Below are positions 35,813 to 47,396 of a DNA stretch of 64,000 bases, piece by piece. The stretch comes from Naegleria gruberi (Eukaryota). The notes under the pieces are model-generated. The model did no database searches. It was not told where the DNA came from and was given only the letters and a program-made list of their open reading frames with translations. The translations under genes were made by a program, and so were the position numbers. Positions within the stretch are counted from its first letter, which is position 1. Each line of letters opens with the position of its first letter. The DNA lies in the NCBI GenBank assembly GCA_000004985.1, contig GG738897.1. The stretch is one strand, 5' to 3'.

Positions 35813-37033
35813 ATGAATAAGAAGAGTATTGAAGATGTTGACTTTTCTGGTAAGAGAGTTCTTGCTAGAGTAGATTATAACGTCCCTCTCAAGAATGGAA
35901 TTATCAAAGATAATACCAGAATCAAGGAAACACTTCCAACTTTGAAATATATTTTAGATCATGGTGCTTCTCAAGTTGTTTTGATGAGTCACCTCGGAAG
36001 ACCTGATGGTAAAGTTGTTCCAGAAGCTACTTTGGAACCTGTTGCCAAGGAACTTGAAAAGTTGTTGGGAGAACCAGTTAGATTTGCTAAAGATTGTGTT
36101 GGTCCTGATTCTGAAAAGGCTGTTCTTGAAGAAAAGGCCAAGATTGTCTTGTTGGAAAATCTTAGATATCATCCAGAAGAAGAAGTCTTGAAGGGTACTC
36201 CAGAAGAAGATGTTGAAAAATTCAGAACCCAATTAGCTAAATATGGTGATGTTTATGTCAATGATGCTTTTGGTACTGCTCACAGAGCTCACTCTTCAAT
36301 GGTTGGTTTGAAGAGATTGGGTTGTTGTGTTTCTGGTTATCTTTTGAAGAAGGAATTGGATTACTTCCGTAAGGCTTTGGTTGAACCATCAAAGCCATTC
36401 GTTGCTATTTTAGGTGGTGCTAAAGTTAAGGATAAGATCAAATTGATTGAAAACATGTTGGATAAGGTTGATGAAATGATCATTGTTGGTGGTATGGCTT
36501 TCACTTTCAAGAAGGTCTGTTTCGGAGTTTCAATTGGTAAATCATTGTTCGATGAAGATGGTGCCAAGATTGTTGAAAAGTTGCTCGAAAAGGCCAAGAA
36601 GAATGGTGTTAAGCTCCATTTCCCAATTGACCACGTTTGTGCTGATGCTCTCACTGAAACTGCTCAAAAGTCTGTTTACACTGATGAACAAGGTATTCCA
36701 GATAATTTGATGGGTTTGGATATTGGTCCAAAGTCTGTTGAACTCTTCAGAGAAGTCATTCTCAATGCCAAGACTTTGGTTTGGAATGGTCCTGCTGGTG
36801 TCTTTGAAATTAAGCAATTTTCTGCTGGTTCTATTGGTTTGTTAGATGCTGTTGCTACTGCTACTGAACAAGGTTTGGTTTCAATTATTGGTGGTGGTGA
36901 CACTGTCAGTTTGGTTCAAAACAATAATGCTCAAAATAAGGTTTCACACATCAGTACTGGTGGTGGTGCTTCTTTGGAATTGTTGGAAGGCCGTAAACTC
37001 CCAGGTGTTGAAGCACTCGATGATAGACAATGA
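35813..37033 (+). CDS. PGK: Phosphoglycerate kinase
   Basis: '[13 protein letters not shown]', '[11 protein letters not shown]', '[10 protein letters not shown]', 'GGGDT' and '[10 protein letters not shown]' are all present. The start is the ATG at 35813; the ORF-track 5' extension from 35747 is probably 5' UTR. Codon bias is strong. Confidence 0.95.
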   Translation: [406 protein letters not shown]

Positions 37034-37150
37034 AGGCCACTGTATAGTAATTTGTAAATAAATTGATTTTACCACACAATATCTGAATTATTTCATTCTT
37101 GTATGAGCTAGTTTTATAGATCTAATTCAATTTTCAAAAAATTAAAAAAA

Positions 37151-37450
37151 ATGAAAAAAGAAGAAAGAGAAGTTTGTTGGGCATCTAAAGAAGTTCTCTT
37201 TGCTTGTTTAGATCAATCAAAGGATGATGTAAAAAAATGTGAAGCGGAATTTATGAAATTAAAAGAATTATGTCCTGATTCTTGGGTGAAAAGATTTATC
37301 GGAAAGAGAAAATTTGACAAGGAAAAGGATGGAATTGTTAAAGCTTGGGGTGATAAATATGTTGAGGAACGTAGAAACAAAATTGAAACACTTAAACAGA
37401 AAAGAGCTGAAAAGAAAAATCAACAACAACAACAAGATGATGAAATTTAA
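37151..37450 (+). CDS. COA6: Cytochrome c oxidase assembly factor 6 (twin Cx9C/Cx10C CHCH protein)
   Basis: 'CWASKEVLFAC' is Cx9C and 'CEAEFMKLKELC' is Cx10C, then 'PDSWVKRFIGKRKFDKEK'. This matches COA6 'CWGARDEYWKC...CKKLRSSFESSCPQQWIKYFDKRRDYLKFKEK'. Confidence 0.75.
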   Translation: MKKEEREVCWASKEVLFACLDQSKDDVKKCEAEFMKLKELCPDSWVKRFIGKRKFDKEKDGIVKAWGDKYVEERRNKIETLKQKRAEKKNQQQQQDDEI

Positions 37451-38061
37451 AGCACGGAAAATAATGATGGTTACCTTTGAATATTGAAGTTAGGATCTTT
37501 GATAAATTATCGGAAATCATTTAATAATTTAATAATTTAATAATTGATTTTAAAGTTACATGTGGATATCCGACAAATAAAATTCAAGGGATTTAATGAG
37601 ATATGGATTGTGGATTAATAGTATTGTCTAAGATAGGTTTTGTTCATTTCATCATCTTTATCAACTTGGCCCTCAACTGATACAATATCATTACAACCAC
37701 CACCATCATTGAAATAGCTTTTAACAACATTATTTCTGAAAATACTCTCTTCCAAAACACTTGATCACAATGGCTTCTCTCCACATTTAATCACTCTTAA
37801 TATTTTGGTCATCTCATCCAAGTAAGGTAACAGGAAATAGATGTGATCGTATCGCAGCTGACGACACTCATTTTGTTGTGATGTATTATTCACTGTAAAC
37901 TGAAGAGACAATGTTATCACTCTGAATCAAAAGGGTTCAACTTATAAACATCAATGACCAAAGTCTCACACAAATTGATGTTGTGGCATTTAGGAATGAT
38001 GTGTCCAATAATTAACTTAATATAAATTCGACCAATAGGTTTGTATCCAAACACAAAAAAA

Positions 38062-39900
38062 ATGAAAAGAAAGCAAGGCTTTGTGGCTGATGGCGCGAAT
38101 TCGGAGAAGAGAAGAAAACAAACATCATCAAAAAAGGAATTAAATACTGATGGTGATCAAGTTTTGATGAAAACATTATTAAAGGCTAATTTGAATGAGG
38201 ATGTATTGGGAGTTATTTTCGACTTTTTAGATTATTCATTCTTGTCCAGAAAATGTAGATTTGTCTGTTTGCAATGGAATGAAGCCTTTTGCAATATGCC
38301 TGTTCTTTCATCTCATATTTCTGCTCCATTGACAGATTTTTTCGCAAGGAAAGCAAATGAAGGTGAATTGTATATGATTAGAGATTTGAGTTTGGAAGGA
38401 ATCTCAAAAGATTTTGATTTTTCATTGTTATATAATCTTGAAAAGTTGTCTCTTCGATCCCAAGGGCATACTATGGTGCCTGACTCTATTCAATGTTTGC
38501 CTAAATTGAAAAGTCTACAATTGTTCAAATTTATTATAACAGCTACACATATTGAATCTTGGACTAAACTACCTAAATTAGAGGAGCTCTCAGTTAAACA
38601 CAATCCAGAATTCTTTGAATTTTCAGCTTACCATGATTTTTCGAATGTAAAAAAATTGGAATTATGCATCAAGAACGAGGATTATCTTGATTATTCTGTG
38701 ATTATTAATGGAAAGATTTCAAAGAATTTAACTCATTTCACTTTATTACTTTCACATGGTTCTATTTCCATTGTTGAACCATTACCTAAATTAACTTTTT
38801 TGAAATTGTCGTATTGTGACATAAAGAAGGTTGATGCAATTTGTATTCCATTACTTTCAGAGATTACATTCGACGCAGCATTTACAGATGATGACTCTGC
38901 AATTTGTATTTTAAAAGCCCCTTTACTAAAGAAGGCAGCACTGAAATCAGACTATTTGGACGAAAAATGTGCAATGATGAGTTCTACCCATATAGAGGAT
39001 CTGGAATTGGATGATTTGGATAATGACCCAGTATTTAGCATATTCAATCCAAAGTTTAGTGCTTTGAAGAGATTATCTGTTCCAAATTCATTTATTGGGA
39101 ACAGAAATGATTTTTCTATGTTCAAAAACCTTACAGAGTTGAATGTTAATGAAACCAAAATAGGAAATAAGGTTCTATTGGCTATTTCAAAAATGACACA
39201 ATTAACTTCTCTTAATATTGGAAAAAACGATATTACAAAGAATGTTTTCAAACATTTGAAAAAATTAGATAATTTAACAGCTCTTGATTTAGAGGATTGT
39301 GGAGTAAAAGATATCACTCCACTGGCAAAATTAACCAAAATTACAAAGTTGAATTTGAAAAATAACTATTTGAAAGGAGAATGGTTGCAAAAATTAGTAT
39401 CATATTTACCAAATTTAAGGAAGCTGAATTCGGAAGGAAACGAGCTGACTTCTTTGGCTCCATTATCACTATTAACAAATATTCAAAAATTGAAGTTGAA
39501 AAGTCTTAAGTTTAGTGATATCAAAGAAATGCAGCTACAACATCTCTTGAAATTAGAATATTTGGATAAACTTTCAATCACATCAATGGATATTGGAGAG
39601 GAAGGAGCTAAGATATTAGGTAGAGGAAGATTTAAACATCTCAAACTTAATATTTGTGAGCTACACGATAGAGCATTACCATTCATCCTAACAAATACCT
39701 CCCTCAGAACTCTTGATCTTCAGAAAAATAATCTTACCGAAAAAGGAGTTAATATAATTTCAAAATCATATTTGCCATTCATGCAAAAAGTTAACGTTTC
39801 TGAAAACAAATACTATGCATCAATTGAGGAAGATGATTCAAAATTCCAAATTGTAAACAAGAATGCAAGACCATTACCATTTAGAGTTATCTTTTTTTAA
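38062..39900 (+). CDS. F-box / leucine-rich-repeat protein
   Basis: The ATG is at 38062; the track start at 38041 is TTG. F-box 'LGVIFDFLDYSFLSRKCRFVCLQWNEAF'. Many LxxLxLxxN LRRs run through the C-terminal half. Confidence 0.65.
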   Translation: MKRKQGFVADGANSEKRRKQTSSKKELNTDGDQVLMKTLLKANLNEDVLGVIFDFLDYSFLSRKCRFVCLQWNEAFCNMPVLSSHISAPLTDFFARKANEGELYMIRDLSLEGISKDFDFSLLYNLEKLSLRSQGHTMVPDSIQCLPKLKSLQLFKFIITATHIESWTKLPKLEELSVKHNPEFFEFSAYHDFSNVKKLELCIKNEDYLDYSVIINGKISKNLTHFTLLLSHGSISIVEPLPKLTFLKLSYCDIKKVDAICIPLLSEITFDAAFTDDDSAICILKAPLLKKAALKSDYLDEKCAMMSSTHIEDLELDDLDNDPVFSIFNPKFSALKRLSVPNSFIGNRNDFSMFKNLTELNVNETKIGNKVLLAISKMTQLTSLNIGKNDITKNVFKHLKKLDNLTALDLEDCGVKDITPLAKLTKITKLNLKNNYLKGEWLQKLVSYLPNLRKLNSEGNELTSLAPLSLLTNIQKLKLKSLKFSDIKEMQLQHLLKLEYLDKLSITSMDIGEEGAKILGRGRFKHLKLNICELHDRALPFILTNTSLRTLDLQKNNLTEKGVNIISKSYLPFMQKVNVSENKYYASIEEDDSKFQIVNKNARPLPFRVIFF

Positions 39901-40023
39901 ACACCTACTCTGTCAACCATAATGTAAATAAATCCTGGAAATGTAAGTAAAATAATTGAGCGCTTTTTTGGAAACTACAAGTTGATTATTTCATTCTGAT
40001 TGACTCTTTCCAAAATCAAAAAA

Positions 40024-41331
40024 ATGCAAAATTTGTGGAAAGGCTTATTTGCCAAGCCTTCACAGAAACCCTCTGCTGCTGATCAACAAGAATCGGCACT
40101 TGTAAAATCAACAGCCAATAATCAAGTAGTAGAAAATTCAAACTTGTCATCAACTTCGGGAAAATACAAAAAAGATGAACACATATTAATGAAAGTTGTT
40201 AGATATTACTACAATTATTATAAACCAACACCACAGACTATGGCTGGATATAAGAGTGGTGCCTTCAAGTATATTGTAAAGCCAGCTGGTTTTTTGGGGT
40301 TGGGTGCTTTGGGAGTTGTCTTGCTGGATGTAGGATATCGGAAATTTCATGTTAATGAGGATGCTCCTTCAATTTTCACAACAAATAAGAAGATTACACC
40401 TCATCAATTATTAAGAAATTCAGATTGGCTTGAAATTAATATACCAGAGGAAAAGAAGGAAAGAACTCCGAATAGAATTCGTGAATACTTTATAAATAGG
40501 AGAAATAAGAAACTGGCTCTTGAAGAAACAAAGCCAGCAGAGGAGCAAGTTCCAATTGAGCACGATTTTAAAAAGTTTTATGCAAAATTAGATTACAAAC
40601 CTCCTGTGGATGATTTTAATGAAGAATCGATTATTACACATATTCATGTGGAGAAATTTCATCCTTTTATGAAGGAAGGTCAAGGATATTGGTCAACCTT
40701 AATTGAATACGCAATGATTAGGGATAAAGTTGGAGATAGTGATTTGGCATTACACTTAATTAAGGAGCAAAATGAAGCTTTTGGATCGAAAATATGGAGA
40801 AAAATTTTCACCAACAAGGAATTTGAAAAATACAAGGAATCAAATATTTGGTTAGAAAAGCCATGGATTTTAAATGAATTGAATATAGATTTGAATATGG
40901 AAAAGGAATATAATGTCAAATCGCTCAAAGACTATGTTGAAAATCATGAAGCAAATCCAGGAATTCAACAGGTATTGAAAAACACATTGAACAAGCATGA
41001 TAGTCTATTAACATCGGATGATTTACTTCAACAAAATTACTATCTCTATGTGAGTGAAGAGGCCTTTGATGAATTTAAATCTACCAGAAATTCCAATATT
41101 CGAGTTGTACAAAAATCTGCCAAACAAGGTGACATGTTCTTTGTAGTTGGAAGTAAGAAGCCACAAATCAAGGATGATATTTCATCACTCACTTTCTTGA
41201 CACATAAGAAAGAGGATGACTATATACAAGAATCAAAGGAGCAAGAAAAGAAAAATCATTCACCTCTCTGGATGAGATCTGCTGTAATTGCAGGAGCTCT
41301 TGGCTTGGCTGTTTCATCCATTATTTTGTAA
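40024..41331 (+). CDS. Hypothetical membrane protein (two predicted TM helices)
   Basis: The ATG is at 40024; the track start at 40000 is TTG. Hydrophobic segments 'GFLGLGALGVVLLDV' and a C-terminal 'SAVIAGALGLAVSSIIL'. No known domain. Confidence 0.35.
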   Translation: MQNLWKGLFAKPSQKPSAADQQESALVKSTANNQVVENSNLSSTSGKYKKDEHILMKVVRYYYNYYKPTPQTMAGYKSGAFKYIVKPAGFLGLGALGVVLLDVGYRKFHVNEDAPSIFTTNKKITPHQLLRNSDWLEINIPEEKKERTPNRIREYFINRRNKKLALEETKPAEEQVPIEHDFKKFYAKLDYKPPVDDFNEESIITHIHVEKFHPFMKEGQGYWSTLIEYAMIRDKVGDSDLALHLIKEQNEAFGSKIWRKIFTNKEFEKYKESNIWLEKPWILNELNIDLNMEKEYNVKSLKDYVENHEANPGIQQVLKNTLNKHDSLLTSDDLLQQNYYLYVSEEAFDEFKSTRNSNIRVVQKSAKQGDMFFVVGSKKPQIKDDISSLTFLTHKKEDDYIQESKEQEKKNHSPLWMRSAVIAGALGLAVSSIIL

Positions 41332-41378
41332 AATATTTTGTAATCAAGATCTGTTCTTGAAAGGTAATAAAAGGAAAA

Positions 41379-42549
41379 TTAAACCAATGACAGCCTATCT
41401 CTCCTACAAATATTAGGTCCATATTCTTGGTATGACTCTTTTGTAATCCAACCTGTTGTAATAGTGGATCTGCTTGAATAAATTGAGGCTCCAATAAACG
41501 AAGAAAATTGAGGGGAATCCATGCTAATAAATTTCTTTCTGACATTCTTTGGAAGAAGTAAATCCAACTCTTGTTCAAGTCTCTTGTCTAGTCCATCTAT
41601 TAGGGAATTTCCCCCACATAATACTATATTTCCATAAAGATCTAAGCGAGAATCTATTGGACATTTTGTAAAACTGTTGTGAACCATTTCGTGAAGACCA
41701 TCCACATTCTTATTCAAAATGAATGGATTAAATAAACATTCTGCAGAGAGATTCTGTTCGCCTGACATTTCTATCTTTGTAAGATCTGGAAGGAAGTAAT
41801 CTATTTTTTGAGAATTAATATTCGGTTCACCATTGAAACAAACAACTTTCTCCTTCATTTCTCTGACAATTTCTAGCTCAGAACTTGTATGAAAAGAAAA
41901 TCCTTTCTGATTCAATAATTGTCTCAAGTGGTCTGTCACCATCCTTCCATTCACAATATTGCTCCTCAAAATTGCATTTTCAATCACAAAGCAGTCCCAG
42001 ATTGGGACTATTTGCGTTAAATCCTCACCCATTTCAATAATTATTGCTGAATTTCTTCCACTCGCAAATAAGGACATTATTGGTTGATATCCAAAATCCA
42101 ATCCCAAAATTCCAAACCTCTCAAACAATAAACTTGTCATTCGTTCTCTTTCTGATTTTGGATTTAAAATTGCCTCCGTACAGAAAAAACATTCTTCACT
42201 GGCATACATGTGCAATTCCTCTTTAATCAAATATTCTAACAAATTTTCAAAATTATCCCAATCCACAATTACACCATTCCTAGTCACTTCCGATTCATTA
42301 ACCATTCCTCTCATCCTTTTTAAAGCCTCTCCGATATATCCCAATTTTTGTGATTCAACAAGAGGCATTGCAATTGGATATTTCGGATAACCAACAACTG
42401 AACGAATGATACATGCTGGCTCACTCCTTGAATTAATTCCTGGGATTCAAAATTAATCATCATCAAAAACAACAATAAAATTCCAATTTTTCAATCCTTT
42501 ACCTACCAGCCTTGATAGAGTGAGAGCCTAAATCCAACACGATTGTCAT
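41379..42549 (-). CDS. Divergent actin-related protein (Arp; possibly Arp10/Arp11-like). Exons complement 42507..42549, 41379..42439
   Basis: A 67-bp intron (42440..42506, GTAGGT..CCCAG) yields 'MTIVLDLGSHSIKAGINSRSEPACIIRSVVGYPKY'. This aligns with actin '[32 protein letters not shown]'. The length is actin-like, with no large insertions and low identity. Confidence 0.7.
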
Positions 42550-42877
42550 TTTTTTTTATTGTAATTAATAATCTGATAAGATTTAATTGGGAGGGTGATG
42601 AACTTGGATGTTTTTTTCTTTCTTAACGAAATTGTAATTCCTCAGACGAAATGTTCCCTCCAAGAAAACCATCTTTGCGAGTTAAAAACAATCTTGTTTA
42701 TTCAAATGTTCAGCCCATCTCCATTGTAAAACTTCTTCACAGTTCTTTCTCACACTGGATCCTATAATCTATTTTTAAAATTTGAATTTCAAACTCATCA
42801 CACAAAAATTTTTAAGTGAGTTGAACTCGTTTTGTAAAAGAGACAACAATACATTTCGAAAAAAATATTCCAAAACC

Positions 42878-43114
42878 ATGCAAATTAACATCAAGACATT
42901 GTCAGGTGGTATTACCAAGTTGGACGTCGAAGATACTGACAAGGTTACCTATCTTAAACAACTCATCCAAGAAAAAGTTGGTATTGCTGTTCCGCAACAA
43001 AGACTTGTCATGAACGGTAAGATTTTGCCTGATGATAAGACTTGTGTGGATGCTGGTCTTAAGGCTGGTGATACCGTCCAATTGATTTTGCAATTGAAGG
43101 GAGGTTGTTTGTAA
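42878..43114 (+). CDS. Ubiquitin-like modifier (NEDD8/Rub1-like) with a C-terminal Gly-Gly followed by two extra residues
   Basis: ATG at 42878. 'MQINIKTLSGGITKLDVEDTDKVTYLKQLIQEKVGIAVPQQRLVMNGKILPDDKTCVDAGLKAGDTVQLILQLKGGCL' has the beta-grasp pattern. The LKGG motif precedes a CL tail. Confidence 0.7.
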   Translation: MQINIKTLSGGITKLDVEDTDKVTYLKQLIQEKVGIAVPQQRLVMNGKILPDDKTCVDAGLKAGDTVQLILQLKGGCL

Positions 43115-43481
43115 ATTCATCACGATCTTGTAATTTATGTAATAAATAATTTAAAAATTGTACAATTTAATATTGTTATTATTATTAATTGATGTGATGA
43201 TGATCAAAATTTTGTATTTATGTTCAACATGATCGTCATCAGCAGCACAACAATAATTATCCACACACGGTGAACTTGTTTTAGCTAGAGAACTTTATGA
43301 TCAGCAGCTGCCATACAATGTGTATTCACTCTCTACAGCACAGAAGAGAGACAATCCAAGAATGATTAATTTCCTTTTCCCTTCCTTCATAATAGAGAGT
43401 CTCTCCTGTGTAAAGCAACAAACAAAAGGAACATCATCATACGACTGCCATTTGGTGATAAAGTAAAAATAGTACAAAAAA

Positions 43482-44974
43482 ATGGCCAAAGTGAACATGA
43501 TAGCCTACACCTTGCTGAGGTGGTTCTTTGAGTAGGTTTTTAAAAAAGTGATGAGGATTAATAACTTCTTTTAATATGGTGACTTTAGATTTTGTATTCA
43601 CATGTTCTATGGTAATGTGAGTGCAAGAGGAACAGAAAATATTCCAAAAGATCGTCCTGTCATATTGTAAGTGATCAATCATTTAGAAATGATCAATAAT
43701 GAGGATAAAGTGTTGTCAATCATTATAATGGATTAGTGGATGCATTGTTTCTCTATTCAGAAGTGAGCAATAGACTTATTAGAGGTGTTGCTAAACAAGA
43801 ATTATTTAATTTACCTGTTGTTGGATTCTTTATGAAATTACTCGGAATTATTCCAATCATTAGACCATGTGATGTGAATGGAAAGGATTTGGAAGAACAA
43901 AGAAAATTATCGAATCTAGCTGCTATTAATGCTATGGCCGAAGTGTTGATTGATGGACATTGTATAGTCATATTCCCTGAAGGAACAAGTCACAATAATA
44001 GTGACATTCTAACAATCAAGACAGGTTTTGCCAGAGCAGCTTTTACTTGTTTGGAGAAGTGTGAAAATTTGGATAAGATTTATCTAGTACCAGTTGGATT
44101 AAACTATGATAGTAAGAATGAATTTAGATCAGATGTTTATGTTCAATTTGGAAAGGAAATTCCTATTGATAGAAATGATTTACAAGAATACCAACAAGAT
44201 AGTGGAAAGACTTTGCATAGACTTGCTGATGTTGTAAAGGATGCTTTGAGAAATGTCACAGTTGTTGCCAAGGAACCAGATACAATTTTGGCTGCTCAAG
44301 TCGCTAGATCACTTGTTAGAAATAGATCCTTCCCATTAACTCAAGAAGAATACTTGCTCATTACTCAAAGATTTATTGATTTATTTGAAAATGAGCCAGA
44401 GGCAAAACCTGTTTACGAGACTCTCAAACAATTCAATGCCCATATCAGATTATTGAATATGAAGTATTATGAAATTTCTATGAAATATTCATTTGTCAGA
44501 AAGATTATTACCCTATTGTTCACTTTACCAATTTGTTTACCTGGTTCTTTGTATCATGGTCCTATTGGTCTACTTTGTTCTCATCTTGGAAAAAAGCTTG
44601 CTGCTGGATATAAAGATCAAGAGGCTCACTACAAGCTTATGATTGTTATCAGCTTACTTCCAATTTATTATTTGATAACCATTGGAATATTGACCTATTT
44701 ATTTAGTTTCTACTTTGCCTTGTACTGTGCACTTTTATTGGCAATTTCAGGAATTTTAGCTGTTAGAATTAGACCAGTTGCCGTCTCATTGCAAATTATG
44801 AAATCTCTAGGAAAATTGCTAGTTATTAATAGAGAAGAAATCTTGAAGGTCCAAAGACAAATTAGAAATGATTTGGCACCACTAGTTGGAAAGCACTGTC
44901 AAGATCTTATCAAACTTAATTTATTCGATACTGAAATTGTTGCCAAGAGTGAAAGCTCTATTAAACAAAATTAA
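43482..44974 (+). CDS. PlsC/LPLAT-family membrane acyltransferase (glycerol-3-phosphate/lysophospholipid acyltransferase-like). Exons 43482..43531, 43589..43666, 43711..44974
   Basis: A 57-bp intron (GTAGGT..TTTAG) and a 44-bp intron (GTAAGT..TAAAG) give 'MAKVNMIAYTLLRWFFEFCIHMFYGNVSARGTENIPKDRPVIFVVNHYNGLVDALFL' (motif I). Motif III 'FPEGTSHN' and C-terminal TM helices follow. Motif I is H-x5-D rather than the usual H-x4-D. Confidence 0.65.
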
Positions 44975-45011
44975 TTCACTACCATTATTACTCACACAAT
45001 AACATTTAATA

Positions 45012-47146
45012 TTACAATGATTTTTGCATCTTGTTAAGAGTTTCGTCCAATTTACAAGCAGCAGAAATAAGAGAAATGAAAGTGAACGCTTGTGGGAAAT
45101 TTCCAAGTGCAGAACCATTGAAACTCATTTCCTCCGAGTATAAATTCAAGTGATTTCCATAGGTAATCATTTGTTCAAGCATCATTCTACCTTCCTGAAG
45201 GAGATCCTTCGATTCACCATAACTACATGCTCTAGCAATTGATTCAATCAACCAGAAAGTACACAAATTGAAGGTTCCCTCCTCTCCTCCACTAAACCCA
45301 TCATCAGTTTTTTCAACCAGATATCTGTAGACAAGACTAGAGCTCACTAATCCATTTTCTTCGGGCGGCTTATTGATTGCCTTAATGGTATTGACTACGA
45401 GAGTATCGGATGGACTCAGGAAGGAAACTAATGGAATAATCAAAGTGGAAGCATCAAGTGTATCAGATCCGTAGAAACTTGTGAAGGATTCAAGTTCTCT
45501 ATTGTAACCCTTTTCGATTACTTGTTCGAATATTTGATTTCTGACTTTAATCCATTTGTCAACATCCGCTGGGAAAGATCTGGATTGTGCAATTTTTATA
45601 GCTCTATCCAAACAAACCCATGTCATGATTCTACTGTAAACAAAATGTTGTCTTCCACCTCTAACTTCCCAAACACCCTCTGCCAAATGTCATTTCTATT
45701 GAAATTCACAAAAAACTTACCATCTTTTTCATCCCAATTATTACAAACCCAATTTGTAATAAATCTCAAATGCTTCCAAAAGTCATAAGAAATTGAATTC
45801 CCATACTTGTCATAAATATACATTGAATCCATCAATTCACCATAAATATCCAATTGCAATTGATCATAGGCTCCATTTCCAATTCTAACAGGTTTAGAAT
45901 TCATATAACCAGACAAGTGATCAATAGTTCTCTCAATCAACTCATGTTCTCCATCAATACTGTACATGACCTGAAGTGGGGGTGGAGAACCCTTCTCATC
46001 TGATTGTTTGTACTTTAAATTCATTTCTGATATTCTAGCTTCCAGATATTTCACAAATTTAGTTGCTTCCTCCATGAAACCAATGCTCATGAAACTGTAG
46101 AGTGTGAAGGAGGCATCTCTAATCCAAGTGAATCTGTAATCCCAATTTCTCACCCCACCAATGCCTTCAGGAAGTGATGTGGAGGCAGCTGCTAGAATGG
46201 CACCTGTCTTTTCATAGGTTAAAAGCTTGAGAGCTAGTGCACTTCTTTTCACTTGTTCTCTCCATCTGCCTTTATAGGTACATTTTTGAAGCCAATCATG
46301 CCAATAATCGAGAGTTTCATTGAGCATTTCTTCACCATATTGAGTAATTGTCTTGGAACCAAAGATGGATGATAGTTCTTGCTCTGGACAAGTCAAAGCA
46401 TCGTCGAATGTACCAAATACGAAAGTTACACTTTCATCTTCCTCAATGGTAAATTCGCATTCAACACAATTACCAGTCATTGAATCAACGTATGGATCCA
46501 TCATACACATGGATTGTCTTCTGACAGTTGGGGATAGAGTATTCGATTGAGTATTTACACCATTCACAATTGGAATGATTGGTAAAACTGGAATAATCTT
46601 GAGAATTGGCTTACTACAATACAATGTAGCGTGTTCACAATTGATACTACTCTCTGGAATGTTCAATGGATTCATTGGATTATAAAATGGTTTAAAGAAT
46701 GCTTTTTTACCATGAGCTCCAATTTTACATTCATGCAAATCACTTGCATAATTAAAGGATGGACAGCAACTAACCTTAAATGTCATGGATCCATGGATAC
46801 AGTTAACTTTTCTAATAAGAAAGTTTGTACAAGGCCTCTTTTCAGAAACTGGCATAAAATCAATCAATTCACCAATTCCATGCTTGGACATGAATCTTGT
46901 AATGAGAATATTTGTATCAGGCCAATAATGTTGTTTAGTTTTTGTGTAATTCATAGCACGAATTGAGAAACTTCCACCCTTTCTACAATCGAGAATTCGT
47001 CCAAAAACACTTGAAGAATTGAATTGTGGATAACACATCCAGTCAATTGTGCCTTCGGTTCCAACCAATGCACAAGTTTCCATATTTCCAATCATTCCAT
47101 GAGAATCTATTGGAAGATAATCGATTCGTTGTGCTGGAGAGGACAT
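45012..47146 (-). CDS. Glycoside hydrolase family 15 (glucoamylase/trehalase-like), intracellular. Exons complement 45721..47146, 45012..45679
   Basis: 'DYLPIDSHGMIGNMETCALVGTEGTIDWMCYPQFNSSSVFGRILD' (GH15 N-domain). 'GGVRNWDYRFTWIRDASFTLYSF' (catalytic region). A 41-bp intron (45680..45720, GTAAGT..GGCAG) joins to 'EGVWEVRGGRQHFVYSRIMTWVCLDRA'. There is no signal peptide. Confidence 0.8.
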
Positions 47147-47396
47147 GTTAGAGAGTTTTTTTTAATGATTGAATAAGTAAGTTGCAAAATTGTACTCCTC
47201 AAGCAATTCTAATAAAAAAATTAATTTGGAAAGTTTCCATATTTATTTTGGATGAATAATGTAATGTTTAGAAACTGTTTCAAATACTAAAGATAATTAC
47301 ATTTCCAATTTCAGGAAAAGGTAACCAGAATGTACTGCTTGCCTTAGAAGAGTATTTGAGATTCTTTTGTTAATATTTAATCTTAAATGCTCAAAT

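Noticed and set aside
36006-36903. Several 60-97-aa ORFs on both strands within PGK
   Set aside because: They are alternative-frame artefacts inside a confidently identified, strongly codon-biased CDS.
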